Below are positions 17,701 to 25,186 of a DNA stretch of 31,676 bases, one piece after another (the first letter of the stretch is position 1; each line of letters opens with the position of its first letter). Location: IMG/VR virus record IMGVR_UViG_3300044831_000021, positions 1 through 31,676 of that record. One strand, written 5' to 3'. The notes under the pieces are model-generated. The model did no database searches. It saw only the letters and a program-made list of their open reading frames with translations, and was not told where the DNA came from. The translations under genes were made by a program, and so were the position numbers. This stretch comes from a virus (lineage: Duplodnaviria > Caudoviricetes).

Positions 17701-18152
17701 TGGAGCAGCTGCGCACGGACTCACAGAAACAATTGAGCGCGCTCAAGAGCCAGGGCAAGGACGTTTTTAACCAAAAGGTGAATCCCGCGATTGATGCGGC
17801 TGAATCTCACATCCGCGACACGCAGGGCGAGCGAGACCGCCGCAGTGCGCAGATATTTGGTCCACCGCAGTTCGATACAGGCGGGATGTTCAGCGTGATG
17901 CGCGGCGGCAACGCAGGTCTGGCCGTTCTCCACGATGGCGAGTTTGTGATCAATCCCAAGGCAACAAAAAAGAACCTTCCGGCGCTGCAGTCGATGAATG
18001 CCGGAGGCTCGGGCGGTCACAGCATCGGCAATATGAATATCTACCCGCAAAGGTTGGACCGCGCGTACGTCATGAGCAACCAGTTCCGTAAAGATCTTCT
18101 CGACGCGCTGGATCGCGCCGGGAAAGAAGGCGAGCTGCGAGGGGGATTCTAA
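14781..18152 (+). CDS. Tail tape measure protein (about 1123 aa)
   Basis: Start MATPVQITVTVD, long Ala/Gln/Glu coiled coil, Gly-rich and hydrophobic glycine-zipper region, C-terminal FDTGG...AVLHDGEFVIN motif. Confidence 0.9.
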   Translation: MATPVQITVTVDSNGAVTGFQQISSSGDAMGSKVVTASEAAAAAIANQSKATLTGAAAVAVLTAKWEEEQKTIAEVNARIKENMAAMAATTAATQKSAAVMSGSWVPMVRSASTAFMGMTNEQTKANVAGRLLEQTLGLQNRALNQVISRSSILGPIMAAAFPLAIIDAAVPMIMKVGEGIANAAQAAGGMTEAMKRLNDETLQANKGTFLNPKNMDQAREHLNIVNSEISANDKLKDSLNARLQKIYDESTITQQILGITTYRLTKEYLHNSAVDKGVDLLKEQNALMEKQAELIRQAGVDQASISAESSGMHGFAKLNFDEANAINNLRNDKSLDDTQRQVKEYDVHYEFTQKRIELEQQETDRTIALRHQVEDETLHGTAKILADEQAAIDALARAQERSGGDYAQFQQQKVLLHLKALNQISALNNAADQHVKDLQEQAGASALTGDDKIREEGQKLKEAEGRRLAEGLENDKQYNSAIVAINLATNNKIQAEDQKTFDKHAQILARTKEMQDRAAEDMKTAQEDAALAGVPEWQRASAQIQIELNRRERAIEDQKIRELAAEHLTADQIVAINQDADAKRLDAMVQANVRMREENKRLTEQLGSDLQSVFDDITSGNIGKRILANMEKMFFQIVAQWILSLQIMKSAAGSIFGSIVFGPGSTGAGVFGGGGGGGGGSILGTLFGGGSSTGPSAAGSGGFTGGGGGGSILGSLFSGGGAGSSTGPSGAAFQPGGIFSDPSTFAGGTSGLTGAIAGTSATSGSGLLPSASNALTTSTMADALGGGVGGVGAGASAVTGGASKAGGLSSFFSAGNLTSLAGLGLGAVGSAFGGKTGQTGALLMGLLMSGKLAPVLSSLYGSIGLAATGALVGGLTGGLIGFGIGKNSGGLVGSLAGAGSGALTGFLVGGPIGALVGGIIGLLGGIFGGIFGGAQRKKQANALADNTLLPDIAQIVTGFDGFQVDNSSAIQQLEQLRTDSQKQLSALKSQGKDVFNQKVNPAIDAAESHIRDTQGERDRRSAQIFGPPQFDTGGMFSVMRGGNAGLAVLHDGEFVINPKATKKNLPALQSMNAGGSGGHSIGNMNIYPQRLDRAYVMSNQFRKDLLDALDRAGKEGELRGGF
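16809..16971 (+). repeat. Imperfect direct repeat inside the tape measure gene (GGGGSILGxLFxGG...SSTGPS x2)
   Basis: GGAGGCGGCGGAGGATCGAT-CTGGGCA-CCTCTTT...AGCAGCACTGG-CCCAGCG at 16809 and 16899, a 90-nt offset. Confidence 0.8.
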
Positions 18153-18154
18153 AG

Positions 18155-19438
18155 ATGAGTGAGCAGAACATCCTTAATCCGACTGCGGCGAGTCAAATGA
18201 ATCCAACTTACTCCATCCCGCACAAAGACCCGGCGCTCATGGCGAGCTGGCAGCCTCGCAGTGGAAAGCCTTACTCGCGTTACATGTTGGCGCGAGGGAT
18301 GGAGTTTCAGCTCCATTGGGACAAGGTCCAGTACTCGACCTATGAATCTCTCTTACAGTGGTTTCATCAGTACGAGCAGGACTTCTTTTCATATTTCAAT
18401 TTTCAGCGCAACCGCTATTTCAGCGGGCAGTTCCTCGCCGAGCCGCAATTCGAGGAAGTGGGGAATAACCAGTTCAACATCAACGCCACGTTCGTGGAGA
18501 TTCCGACGCTGCCGATGTTTCAATATCCCAACGCCTGGGGAGTGACATCCGTCTTTGTAGAAGAACGCAACGGCTTCGGCCAGGACCTGGTGAAGCTCAC
18601 GGGAACGTGGGATCGCGGCGATAAGAATTATGTTCTCTGGTCCGAGCAATTCGATAACGCGGCATGGACCAAGGCGAATGCCACGGTGACACCGAACGTG
18701 GTGACCGATCCTAACGGCGGTGCGACCGCAGATTCAGTGGCGTTTTCCGTCACCGGGGCCACCGCTCAGATCACGCAGGCCATCACGTCCCCGATTCCCG
18801 TGGGCGGCCAGCGCGTGACGTTAAGCATTTGGATGAAGGCCGCGTCTGGAGCTCCGTCTATCACACTTCAAGTGCTTGGCGCGACCGGTTCCACCAGCCA
18901 GGTATTCGTGCTGAGCACAGTCTGGCAGCGTTTCACGATCACCACGGTGCTGGCGGATAGTGAAACCGCTCTCACTTTTATGGTGCTCAGCCCAACGTCA
19001 AACGCGATTGCCTATCACCTGTGGGGCGCGCAGCATGAATTCGGTGGAGCTGGTGCGCCGAGCACTTACACGCAGACAGTTGGCAGCGCGGCCGTGTTGA
19101 TCGCCGCGCAGCAGAATTCTAACTACCACAACGGCTTCTCTTATTTCGATCCGGGCACAGTGATCACAGACGCAGCCGAGTGGAAGTACGTCGGCTACGG
19201 CTTCAGAGTGTGGGCACCGAAGAATGCGCAGATGGGAATCATGCAGGTCTTTGTCGACGGAGTATCCCAGGGAACAGTTGATCTTTACTCTGCGGCGCAC
19301 GCAGCCTCCTCTGTTCTCCTCACTGTCCAGAGCGTGGCGCTCGGAGAGCACCGCGTGAAACTCGCGCCCACCAACACAAAGAACGCGTCCAGCTCCGGCT
19401 TCATCGTGGCAGCGGACGCGATAGAGGTGATGAGGTAA
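18155..19438 (+). CDS. Distal-tail (Dit/gpM-like) protein with carbohydrate-binding-like domains
   Basis: First gene after the tape measure. N-terminal ~115 aa Dit-like (ends INATFVEI). Then a jelly-roll domain (VFVDG...VDLYS...LGEHRVKL...ADAIEV) interrupted by an LWSEQFDNAAWTK...LWGAQ module. Confidence 0.7.
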   Translation: MSEQNILNPTAASQMNPTYSIPHKDPALMASWQPRSGKPYSRYMLARGMEFQLHWDKVQYSTYESLLQWFHQYEQDFFSYFNFQRNRYFSGQFLAEPQFEEVGNNQFNINATFVEIPTLPMFQYPNAWGVTSVFVEERNGFGQDLVKLTGTWDRGDKNYVLWSEQFDNAAWTKANATVTPNVVTDPNGGATADSVAFSVTGATAQITQAITSPIPVGGQRVTLSIWMKAASGAPSITLQVLGATGSTSQVFVLSTVWQRFTITTVLADSETALTFMVLSPTSNAIAYHLWGAQHEFGGAGAPSTYTQTVGSAAVLIAAQQNSNYHNGFSYFDPGTVITDAAEWKYVGYGFRVWAPKNAQMGIMQVFVDGVSQGTVDLYSAAHAASSVLLTVQSVALGEHRVKLAPTNTKNASSSGFIVAADAIEVMR

Positions 19439-20149
19439 ATGCCGATCACACAGCCAGCGGGTACCGAAACCTTCCTCGCCAAGCAGAGCGGTATGTTCGT
19501 ACCCGTCGTGTTGCTGGACATTCAAACGCTCGATGGCACGCAGTACTTCTGGAGCGACTTTGAAGGCACTTATCCCACGAAGTTCACTAGCGCGAGCCAG
19601 TTCTACAACGGCTGGATCAAGAGCGGCTGCAACTTCACCTGCACGCGCGACATGACCAGCAACGCCGGCGATCTGCTGCTTCAGAATATTTCCGGCAACA
19701 CGATTGATCGCGAAGTGGCCGCAGCGCTGAAGAATCATGAGTTCGAGGGCGCCTACGCGGTCACGCGTCTATGGATTCCTCTGCTCGACGTTGCCATCCG
19801 TGAATTTCACTGCTCGCTCACCGAGCAAAACCCGAAGGAAGATGAGGCGGGGTTCCGCGAGCTGCAGCTGTTCGATCCTTCTCAATATGTGCTTGCTGGC
19901 GACGTGGAAGTGGAAACCTGCACCCTCCGATTCAAATCCGCGCAGTGTGGATCCACCGGATCGGCGGTCGCGTGTCCGAAAAGCTTTATCGCCTGCCAGG
20001 ATGTTACGCGCGCAGCCCAGGAGCGCTTCAACGCAATTCAGACTACCGTACCGAACACCGTGTTTACGCAGCCACTGGCAGGCAATGGTAAAAATCCTGA
20101 CGCTGGCGGTGGTACTCGTGGAGGAGTGAGAAAGCCGAATCTTTTTTAG
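19439..20149 (+). CDS. Minor tail protein, lambda gpL-like hub with putative Fe-S cysteines
   Basis: VVLLDI N-terminus and a C-terminal four-Cys cluster CTLRFKSAQCG...CPKSFIAC; synteny. Confidence 0.75.
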   Translation: MPITQPAGTETFLAKQSGMFVPVVLLDIQTLDGTQYFWSDFEGTYPTKFTSASQFYNGWIKSGCNFTCTRDMTSNAGDLLLQNISGNTIDREVAAALKNHEFEGAYAVTRLWIPLLDVAIREFHCSLTEQNPKEDEAGFRELQLFDPSQYVLAGDVEVETCTLRFKSAQCGSTGSAVACPKSFIACQDVTRAAQERFNAIQTTVPNTVFTQPLAGNGKNPDAGGGTRGGVRKPNLF

Positions 20150-20152
20150 ATC

Positions 20153-23050
20153 ATGCCGACCGTAACTCTCAATCCCGCAGACGTGGCTAATGCGCAGCTT
20201 GGCATCGATCTCCCCGTCATTTATGGATCTGTGCGCGGCCAGGGGAATGAGATTCTGAATCACGCGCTCCCCAACAAAAACCGCATCGTCATCCGCATTC
20301 TTTCCGAGGGCGAGATCGATGGCATTGATCGTCTTTTTATCAACGGCACGCGGGCGAACGAGTTCGATACAAACCTGATTCACTTCCATCCCGGTATAGA
20401 TGGCGAACTGGGCCACGGTCTCACTCCCGATTCAAACGGCGGGGATCAGCGCGTGGATAACTTCTGGTCATTGCTGCCTGGAAATTTCCAGCCCACCACG
20501 TTCAGCCGCAAAGCCTACATCATGCTCAATGTGCCTCCCGATCCGGCCGCGCCCAGCGCCACGCTTACAATCGCGGCCGACTATCGCGGATGCAAGGTGC
20601 GCCGGTTCGATTCCAGCGGCAATCAGACGGGATACGGGTTCAGCACCAACGGAGCGGAGCAGTGTCTTGACGTGATTCTGCGCACGATGCTGAAACCGGA
20701 GTGGAATCCAAGCGCGACCGCTGCCGCTGGCGGTGACCTCGTGACGGCCGAGAAGGCGCGCATCGACTGGCCTTCCTTCGCCGCTGCCGTGACCTGGTGC
20801 AACACTCTTCTGGCGAACGGACAGAAGCGCTTTGAATCTTCTATTGCCTTTGTGCAGCGCACAGGCGTGATCGACGCGCTGAAGCAGCTCTGCCTGATGT
20901 CTCAGCTCTACATCACGGAAGCGAACGGACGCATCTTTATTTGTGCTGACCAGCCGCGCGCGTCCAGCTTTATTCTCAAATCTGACCACATCGTCCCCGG
21001 CACGGCCTCATTCGACAAGATCAATTTGCACGGCGCGCCTAACCGCTTCATTGCTTCTTATAACGATCTCAATGCTCAGGGTATCGCCGATATAGATACC
21101 ATCGTGAACAGCGGGCTTCTACGCAGCGGCACTGGTTTGGTGACGGTCCAGACCAAGACGAATCATCCATTCCAGGTCGGGCAGACAATCCAGATTGTGC
21201 CCCCCACGGACGGCAGCACGCACGAAGGAGCGTTCGATGGATTGTGGCTCATCACGTCCCTGCCGGCAGCGAATAAATTCAACTTCGCGCAGGCCGGGAA
21301 TGCGAACTGGTTGCTGTGGTCAGAGGACGTTACCAACGCAGTGTGGACCAAGCCGAACGGCACCACCGTGGTTGGAAACAATCAGACCGATCCACTCGGC
21401 GGATCGACTGCAGACACTGTAACGTCAGCGATTACAGGGGGCTTCTGGGGATTATTCCAGGACTCTGGTTTAACGTCGACGTCGGGCAAACAATACACGC
21501 TCAGCGTGTGGCTTAAAGCGGCATCGAGCATCAGCATCAGGATACAAATTGAACGCCCGGGAGCTGATATCGAATTTCTGGACGTCACCGTCACGAACGT
21601 ATGGCAACGGTTCACCTTCACACATTCAGGAACATGGACAGGAAGCGCGGCGGTCGAAGTATTCATCGGTTCGGTCATTGCCAGCCAGGTCTTCTTCGTG
21701 TGGGGCGCTCAACTTGAAGATGGGACGGCCGCAACCACCTATCGCCAAACCACCAACGCGACCAACGGCGTAACCAGCGGCAACGGCACAGTGGGGACAC
21801 CCGAGAGCCGCTTCGCGGTCCGCGCACCCGTGGTTGATCATCAGCAGCACCAGAACGCGATCGGTCAGCGCGGCCTCAGCCTGACGCCGATCTTCCGCGT
21901 GGTGCCTCTCTCTCTGTCCATGGGCAACAACACGGATGAGCGGGTGAAGCGCATCCTCAATTTTCTTAGCGCTCGCAATCTTGGCATCCCAACGACACCT
22001 TATGTTGCGCCGTGGTCCGGTACCGTAACCTGCTTCATGGATGCCGTGGACATCAACAACAAGGCGCTGATCTCGCAACTGCCGGGAGACATCATCAGCG
22101 TCGACGCCACGGTGAGTGAGGAGTACCAGGCGGACTACGAGATCATAAAGGCAGTCTATGTTGTGCCGGCAGCGGATGGTAGCAGCAACAGCGGATCGAG
22201 CGGCCAGTCTAACCGCGCGACGATTGAACTCACTCTTCTGCAATATCTGGCGGCCGCATTTTCTGACACCAGTTCCGTCACGCTCAGCCTCCGAGCGTCG
22301 ATCACATCTGGTCTGGCTCCGCTGGCGCAGGTGGACTCGCTGGGCGTGCAGCGCCTGGCGTCTACGAAGCAGAACAATCCCACGAACGTGGCGAGCTACT
22401 TCACAGGCGGCAATCCGCTTAGCCAGAGCGGCAGTTCCTCCACAATTCTAGTGAGCAGCTTCACCATTCAGTACGGCTTTGGCCAGGTCAGCTATAACAG
22501 CGGCTCCGTCAATCCCGGCTCTCTCGGTACGTGGACGGTCTACACGCGCGATCCGCAATTCACGGGAGGCGCTGTCACCTATTTTGCTGTGCTTAGCACC
22601 AGTCAGTCGACGCTGACATCATTCGATGATGTGGTGTGCGTCGGCACAATTGTATTGACGGGTGGCGGCGGTGCGCATGGAACGGGCGGCGGCGGCGGCG
22701 CATGCTTCAGCGGCAACGTAAAAGTGAGAGTGCCAGGCGGCCTCGCCCTCCTGGAAGGACTTGATCCTGTGTGTGTGATCACGACAGAGTTCGGCCCGCG
22801 TATGGCTGATGTGATCGTGACCGAGTACTCCGGCGAGATGCGCGATATGGGAGACCGTCAACTCGTGACGCCTGGTCATCTTATTCAGGCTGGTCCGGGA
22901 TGGCTGCCGGCGTCGATGCGATGGGAACGCGTGGTTTGCTTCGAAGGCAAGGTCTACACGCTCCGCGTTCACACTGAGATCGACGAGGAGCGCCACTTCA
23001 TTCTGGAAGACGGCACCAAGGCGCACAACATCAGTCCACCGCCGCAATAG
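20153..23050 (+). CDS. Tail tip / host-specificity protein (gpJ-like) with FCCH-like and CBM-like insertions and a C-terminal Hint domain
   Basis: LPVIYGSVR, ILSEGEIDGI, RGCKV, RIDWPSF and NRFIASYND gpJ-type motifs. Poly-Gly linker then CF...TPGH...VYTL...AHN. Confidence 0.85.
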   Translation: MPTVTLNPADVANAQLGIDLPVIYGSVRGQGNEILNHALPNKNRIVIRILSEGEIDGIDRLFINGTRANEFDTNLIHFHPGIDGELGHGLTPDSNGGDQRVDNFWSLLPGNFQPTTFSRKAYIMLNVPPDPAAPSATLTIAADYRGCKVRRFDSSGNQTGYGFSTNGAEQCLDVILRTMLKPEWNPSATAAAGGDLVTAEKARIDWPSFAAAVTWCNTLLANGQKRFESSIAFVQRTGVIDALKQLCLMSQLYITEANGRIFICADQPRASSFILKSDHIVPGTASFDKINLHGAPNRFIASYNDLNAQGIADIDTIVNSGLLRSGTGLVTVQTKTNHPFQVGQTIQIVPPTDGSTHEGAFDGLWLITSLPAANKFNFAQAGNANWLLWSEDVTNAVWTKPNGTTVVGNNQTDPLGGSTADTVTSAITGGFWGLFQDSGLTSTSGKQYTLSVWLKAASSISIRIQIERPGADIEFLDVTVTNVWQRFTFTHSGTWTGSAAVEVFIGSVIASQVFFVWGAQLEDGTAATTYRQTTNATNGVTSGNGTVGTPESRFAVRAPVVDHQQHQNAIGQRGLSLTPIFRVVPLSLSMGNNTDERVKRILNFLSARNLGIPTTPYVAPWSGTVTCFMDAVDINNKALISQLPGDIISVDATVSEEYQADYEIIKAVYVVPAADGSSNSGSSGQSNRATIELTLLQYLAAAFSDTSSVTLSLRASITSGLAPLAQVDSLGVQRLASTKQNNPTNVASYFTGGNPLSQSGSSSTILVSSFTIQYGFGQVSYNSGSVNPGSLGTWTVYTRDPQFTGGAVTYFAVLSTSQSTLTSFDDVVCVGTIVLTGGGGAHGTGGGGGACFSGNVKVRVPGGLALLEGLDPVCVITTEFGPRMADVIVTEYSGEMRDMGDRQLVTPGHLIQAGPGWLPASMRWERVVCFEGKVYTLRVHTEIDEERHFILEDGTKAHNISPPPQ
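22703..23029 (+). other. Intein-like Hint domain (109 aa), predicted non-splicing
   Basis: Block A CFSGNVKV, block B VTPGHLI (TxxH), block F VYTLRV, block G HFILEDGTKAHN. The +1 residue is Ile. Confidence 0.85.
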
Positions 23051-23066
23051 GAAAGGTGAGGGGAGA

Positions 23067-23465
23067 ATGAAACTCAAGAAGGACGTCGCGATCACACTGG
23101 GCAGCGGAGTGACCGTCATTCATTCTGCCGAGCTGCTGGACATCCGGCACACGGCCGATGGCGCTTCTGTCGCGAGCGCCGCCTGCTGCGGCAAGGTGGG
23201 CGCTATTATCACCTGTTCTGGGTGCGCTGGTTCCGGCTGTCCGGCCTGCGGAGGCAAGGGCTCTATAAAGGATGAGGACACCAGGTCTGACCACGCCTTC
23301 TATGACATCGCCGGCATGAGTGAGGCTGACTTGATGGCCGAGATTCAGGGGCACGTCGACCGCGTCGCCAACCACCACGCTGGAGCACATAGAGCCAGGG
23401 AGTTTATGGCATCCCTGACGGCAGCCGATCCGGTCGCTACTGACGCTCCGGGCAAGGTGGGCTGA
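23067..23465 (+). CDS. Terminal prophage gene with DnaJ-type CxxCxGxG zinc-finger motifs
   Basis: GAGGGGAG RBS. CSGCAGSG and CPACGGKG motifs plus a CC pair. Confidence 0.75.
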   Translation: MKLKKDVAITLGSGVTVIHSAELLDIRHTADGASVASAACCGKVGAIITCSGCAGSGCPACGGKGSIKDEDTRSDHAFYDIAGMSEADLMAEIQGHVDRVANHHAGAHRAREFMASLTAADPVATDAPGKVG

Positions 23466-23490
23466 GTGGCGAACCCAGCGCGAACGACTC

Positions 23491-23553
23491 ACTGCAGGCT
23501 AAATCGCCCTTACTGCAACTCAATTCGCCCATTACTGCAGCCGACCGCGCCCA
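23491..23553. repeat. Putative transposase-binding sites of the prophage right end
   Basis: ACTGCA-N7-TCGCCC at 23491 and 23512 and ACTGCA-N7-GCGCCC at 23534 (21-22 bp period). The last unit ends in CA (TG on the minus strand). Confidence 0.75.
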
Positions 23554-23573
23554 GCCCCATGTGCGATTCCGGT

Positions 23574-23602
23574 TTGAGTGAATTCAGCGACGTTGTTATA
23601 AT
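23574..23602 (+). promoter_or_regulatory. Sigma70 promoter for tRNA-Phe
   Basis: TTGAGT (23574-23579), 17-bp spacer, TATAAT (23597-23602) with an extended -10 TGn. Confidence 0.8.
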
Positions 23603-23673
23603 CAAAAGCGTTCCGTACGCACCCAGTCTTCAGCGATCCCACCGAAGATGCACGTATGTAACCCACCCGAAAT

Positions 23674-23749
23674 GGCCAGGTAGCTCAGTCGGTAGAGCGC
23701 AGCCCTGAAAAGGCTGGCGTCGGCGGTTCGATTCCGTCCCTGGCCACCA
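23674..23749 (+). tRNA. tRNA-Phe (GAA)
   Basis: 76-nt cloverleaf: acceptor GGCCAGG/CCTGGCC, D arm GCTC/GAGC, anticodon arm CAGCC-CTGAAAA-GGCTG, T loop TTCGATT, encoded CCA. Confidence 0.98.
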
Positions 23750-23921
23750 TCTTTACCACTTGCTTCAATAACGTATTGCCCGTGCTGTAGGGTTAGCGCT
23801 TTCACGCGGGCCTACCTGATCGGCAATAGATACGGGACTCGCCTCCAAAGGTCGCTGGAGCGCTGGAACTTAAGAGTTTTTAATGTTCATTTTAGGTAAT
23901 ACTAACCGACGGTTGTCACGC

Positions 23922-23927
23922 TATAAT
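23922..23927 (+). promoter_or_regulatory. Possible -10 box for the downstream small membrane protein gene
   Basis: Perfect TATAAT in an AT-rich intergenic region; no convincing -35. Confidence 0.35.
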
Positions 23928-23974
23928 CTTCCAGACGCGGGCTGTTTTCCGCGTAATTGATGGGACCGAACTTG

Positions 23975-24298
23975 ATGCGTAAGATTCAGAGATATCTGCG
24001 TTGGGCGTTGCTGGGGCTGATTTTCGTGCTCACGGCTTCGGTCAACCTGTTCTGCGTCGTTATTGACAACGATGGCGATGGCGATCCTACGACGGGAGTA
24101 ACCATTGAGTTCACTATTGTTCAGGGCAAGAGGATACAGGTTGTAACCAACCCAATCCACTTGCATTCCACGCACGCCTCTAAGGTCTTTCGCGCAGGAT
24201 TTTTCTACAAGCAGCGAATGGAGCGTTCGGATGACCTGAACACTAATTCCAGCTATTTTAATCTGACAGTCCTCCTCGCCTCTCCGCTTCGCTGCTAG
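23975..24298 (+). CDS. Small membrane-anchored protein with C-x3-DxDGD-x-T-x-VTIEF and C-terminal PLRC (paralog 1)
   Basis: Basic N-terminus and TM helix; similar to 25187..25504. Start may be 23960 or 23975. Confidence 0.75.
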   Translation: MRKIQRYLRWALLGLIFVLTASVNLFCVVIDNDGDGDPTTGVTIEFTIVQGKRIQVVTNPIHLHSTHASKVFRAGFFYKQRMERSDDLNTNSSYFNLTVLLASPLRC

Positions 24299-24444
24299 CG
24301 TCTAAAAATCCTTTCTAAATCTTCGCCATTAATTCGTGTAATCCGCTCTGTGTCATGCGGGCCGCGCGCGAAATCGTGGCGCTTTATTTACCTAATGTCC
24401 CGGTGCGGAGTAATGCCCGCTAGACGCCGGGGACGGAGGAATTT

Positions 24445-24645
24445 ATGGGGCGCGTTAAAAGCAAGAGACAACTATCCACAAGGGAGTTGAAGCAGCTAAC
24501 CCTGTGGGGCGGACTTCTGTTTGTGATCCTTCTCGGGCTGGTGTACTGCCTGGTGCGCACCGGCGCTATCATTCCGGTAGGTAATGGAATTGTCCATGAG
24601 GCGGGCGGAGGCGTTCACGGTAGCGCCGCAAATTCGCATCCATAG
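24445..24645 (+). CDS. Small single-TM protein (66 aa)
   Basis: GGAGGA RBS, basic N-terminus, hydrophobic LWGGLLFVILLGLVYCLV. Confidence 0.7.
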   Translation: MGRVKSKRQLSTRELKQLTLWGGLLFVILLGLVYCLVRTGAIIPVGNGIVHEAGGGVHGSAANSHP

Positions 24646-24721
24646 GGCCGCTGATCTGAGCTATGCGCTCCCCTTAGCGGGACGGGACCAAAGAGGCATT
24701 GGTTCGGGACATTGATAACCA

Positions 24722-24757
24722 GCCGCGAAGGTTAGACGGTTTTGACCTTCGTGCGGC
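24722..24757. other. Intergenic hairpin
   Basis: GCCGC-GAAGGTTA...TGACCTTC-gt-GCGGC. Confidence 0.4.
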
Positions 24758-25186
24758 GCATTCCTGCTTGATCGTGCTGCTGTTCTTTACCTGATCAAAG
24801 ATCCGCTTACATCAAGGATCTGCCCTCGCGCCTTCCTATTCGAGTAATAGGCTGGGCGGCTGCCGGCATTTGTTCCTCTAATTTCTTTCAAGAATCGAAA
24901 TTGTTTGGCGGCGTTCGTCTGCCGGACTACGCGCTGATTGAGTCCTTGCCAGCCCTTCTGTCGCCCCCGCGCTGATGGATTCCAATACTCATACCCCAGC
25001 TTTTTAGATCGTGCAACCTTCCGCCTTTTCCCAACGGCCCGACCATATTTCAAGCGTGGCTTCCTGATAGTCCGTCGCACCCCCAGAAAATTAAAAAGTC
25101 TAATTAGCGGTTAAGACCGCCTTAATGTCCATTGAGCAGAATGACTCATCGCCACAGTGCTCTGCGGCGACCCTTGTTTACAAATT

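Larger units (their letters stand above)
1..23553 (+). mobile_element. Transposable (Mu-like) prophage with non-contractile tail, right half; left end outside window
   Basis: Contiguous, often overlapping + strand operon in terminase-portal-head-neck-tail order. DUF3486/Mu gp27-like small terminase and Mu gpT-like capsid domain. No sheath or baseplate wedge genes. Phased terminal repeats end in CA at 23552-23553. Confidence 0.88.

Noticed and set aside
18626-21754. Duplicated tail module as a diversity-generating retroelement TR/VR pair
   Set aside because: Similarity is at the protein level with general divergence rather than adenine-specific changes, and there is no reverse transcriptase in the window.
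22703-23029. A true splicing intein
   Set aside because: The +1 residue is Ile, the C-extein is only 6 aa, and there is no homing endonuclease.
23674-23749. tRNA-Phe as an integrase attachment site for the prophage
   Set aside because: The phage lies 5' of the tRNA and its promoter, no duplicated tRNA fragment is visible, and the boundary looks like a transposon end.
23466-23805. ORFs 23466..23708 (+) and 23602..23805 (-)
   Set aside because: They overlap the end repeats, promoter and tRNA; spurious.
24787-25080. 97-aa basic minus-strand ORF
   Set aside because: GTG start, no recognisable motif and atypical composition; cannot be supported.
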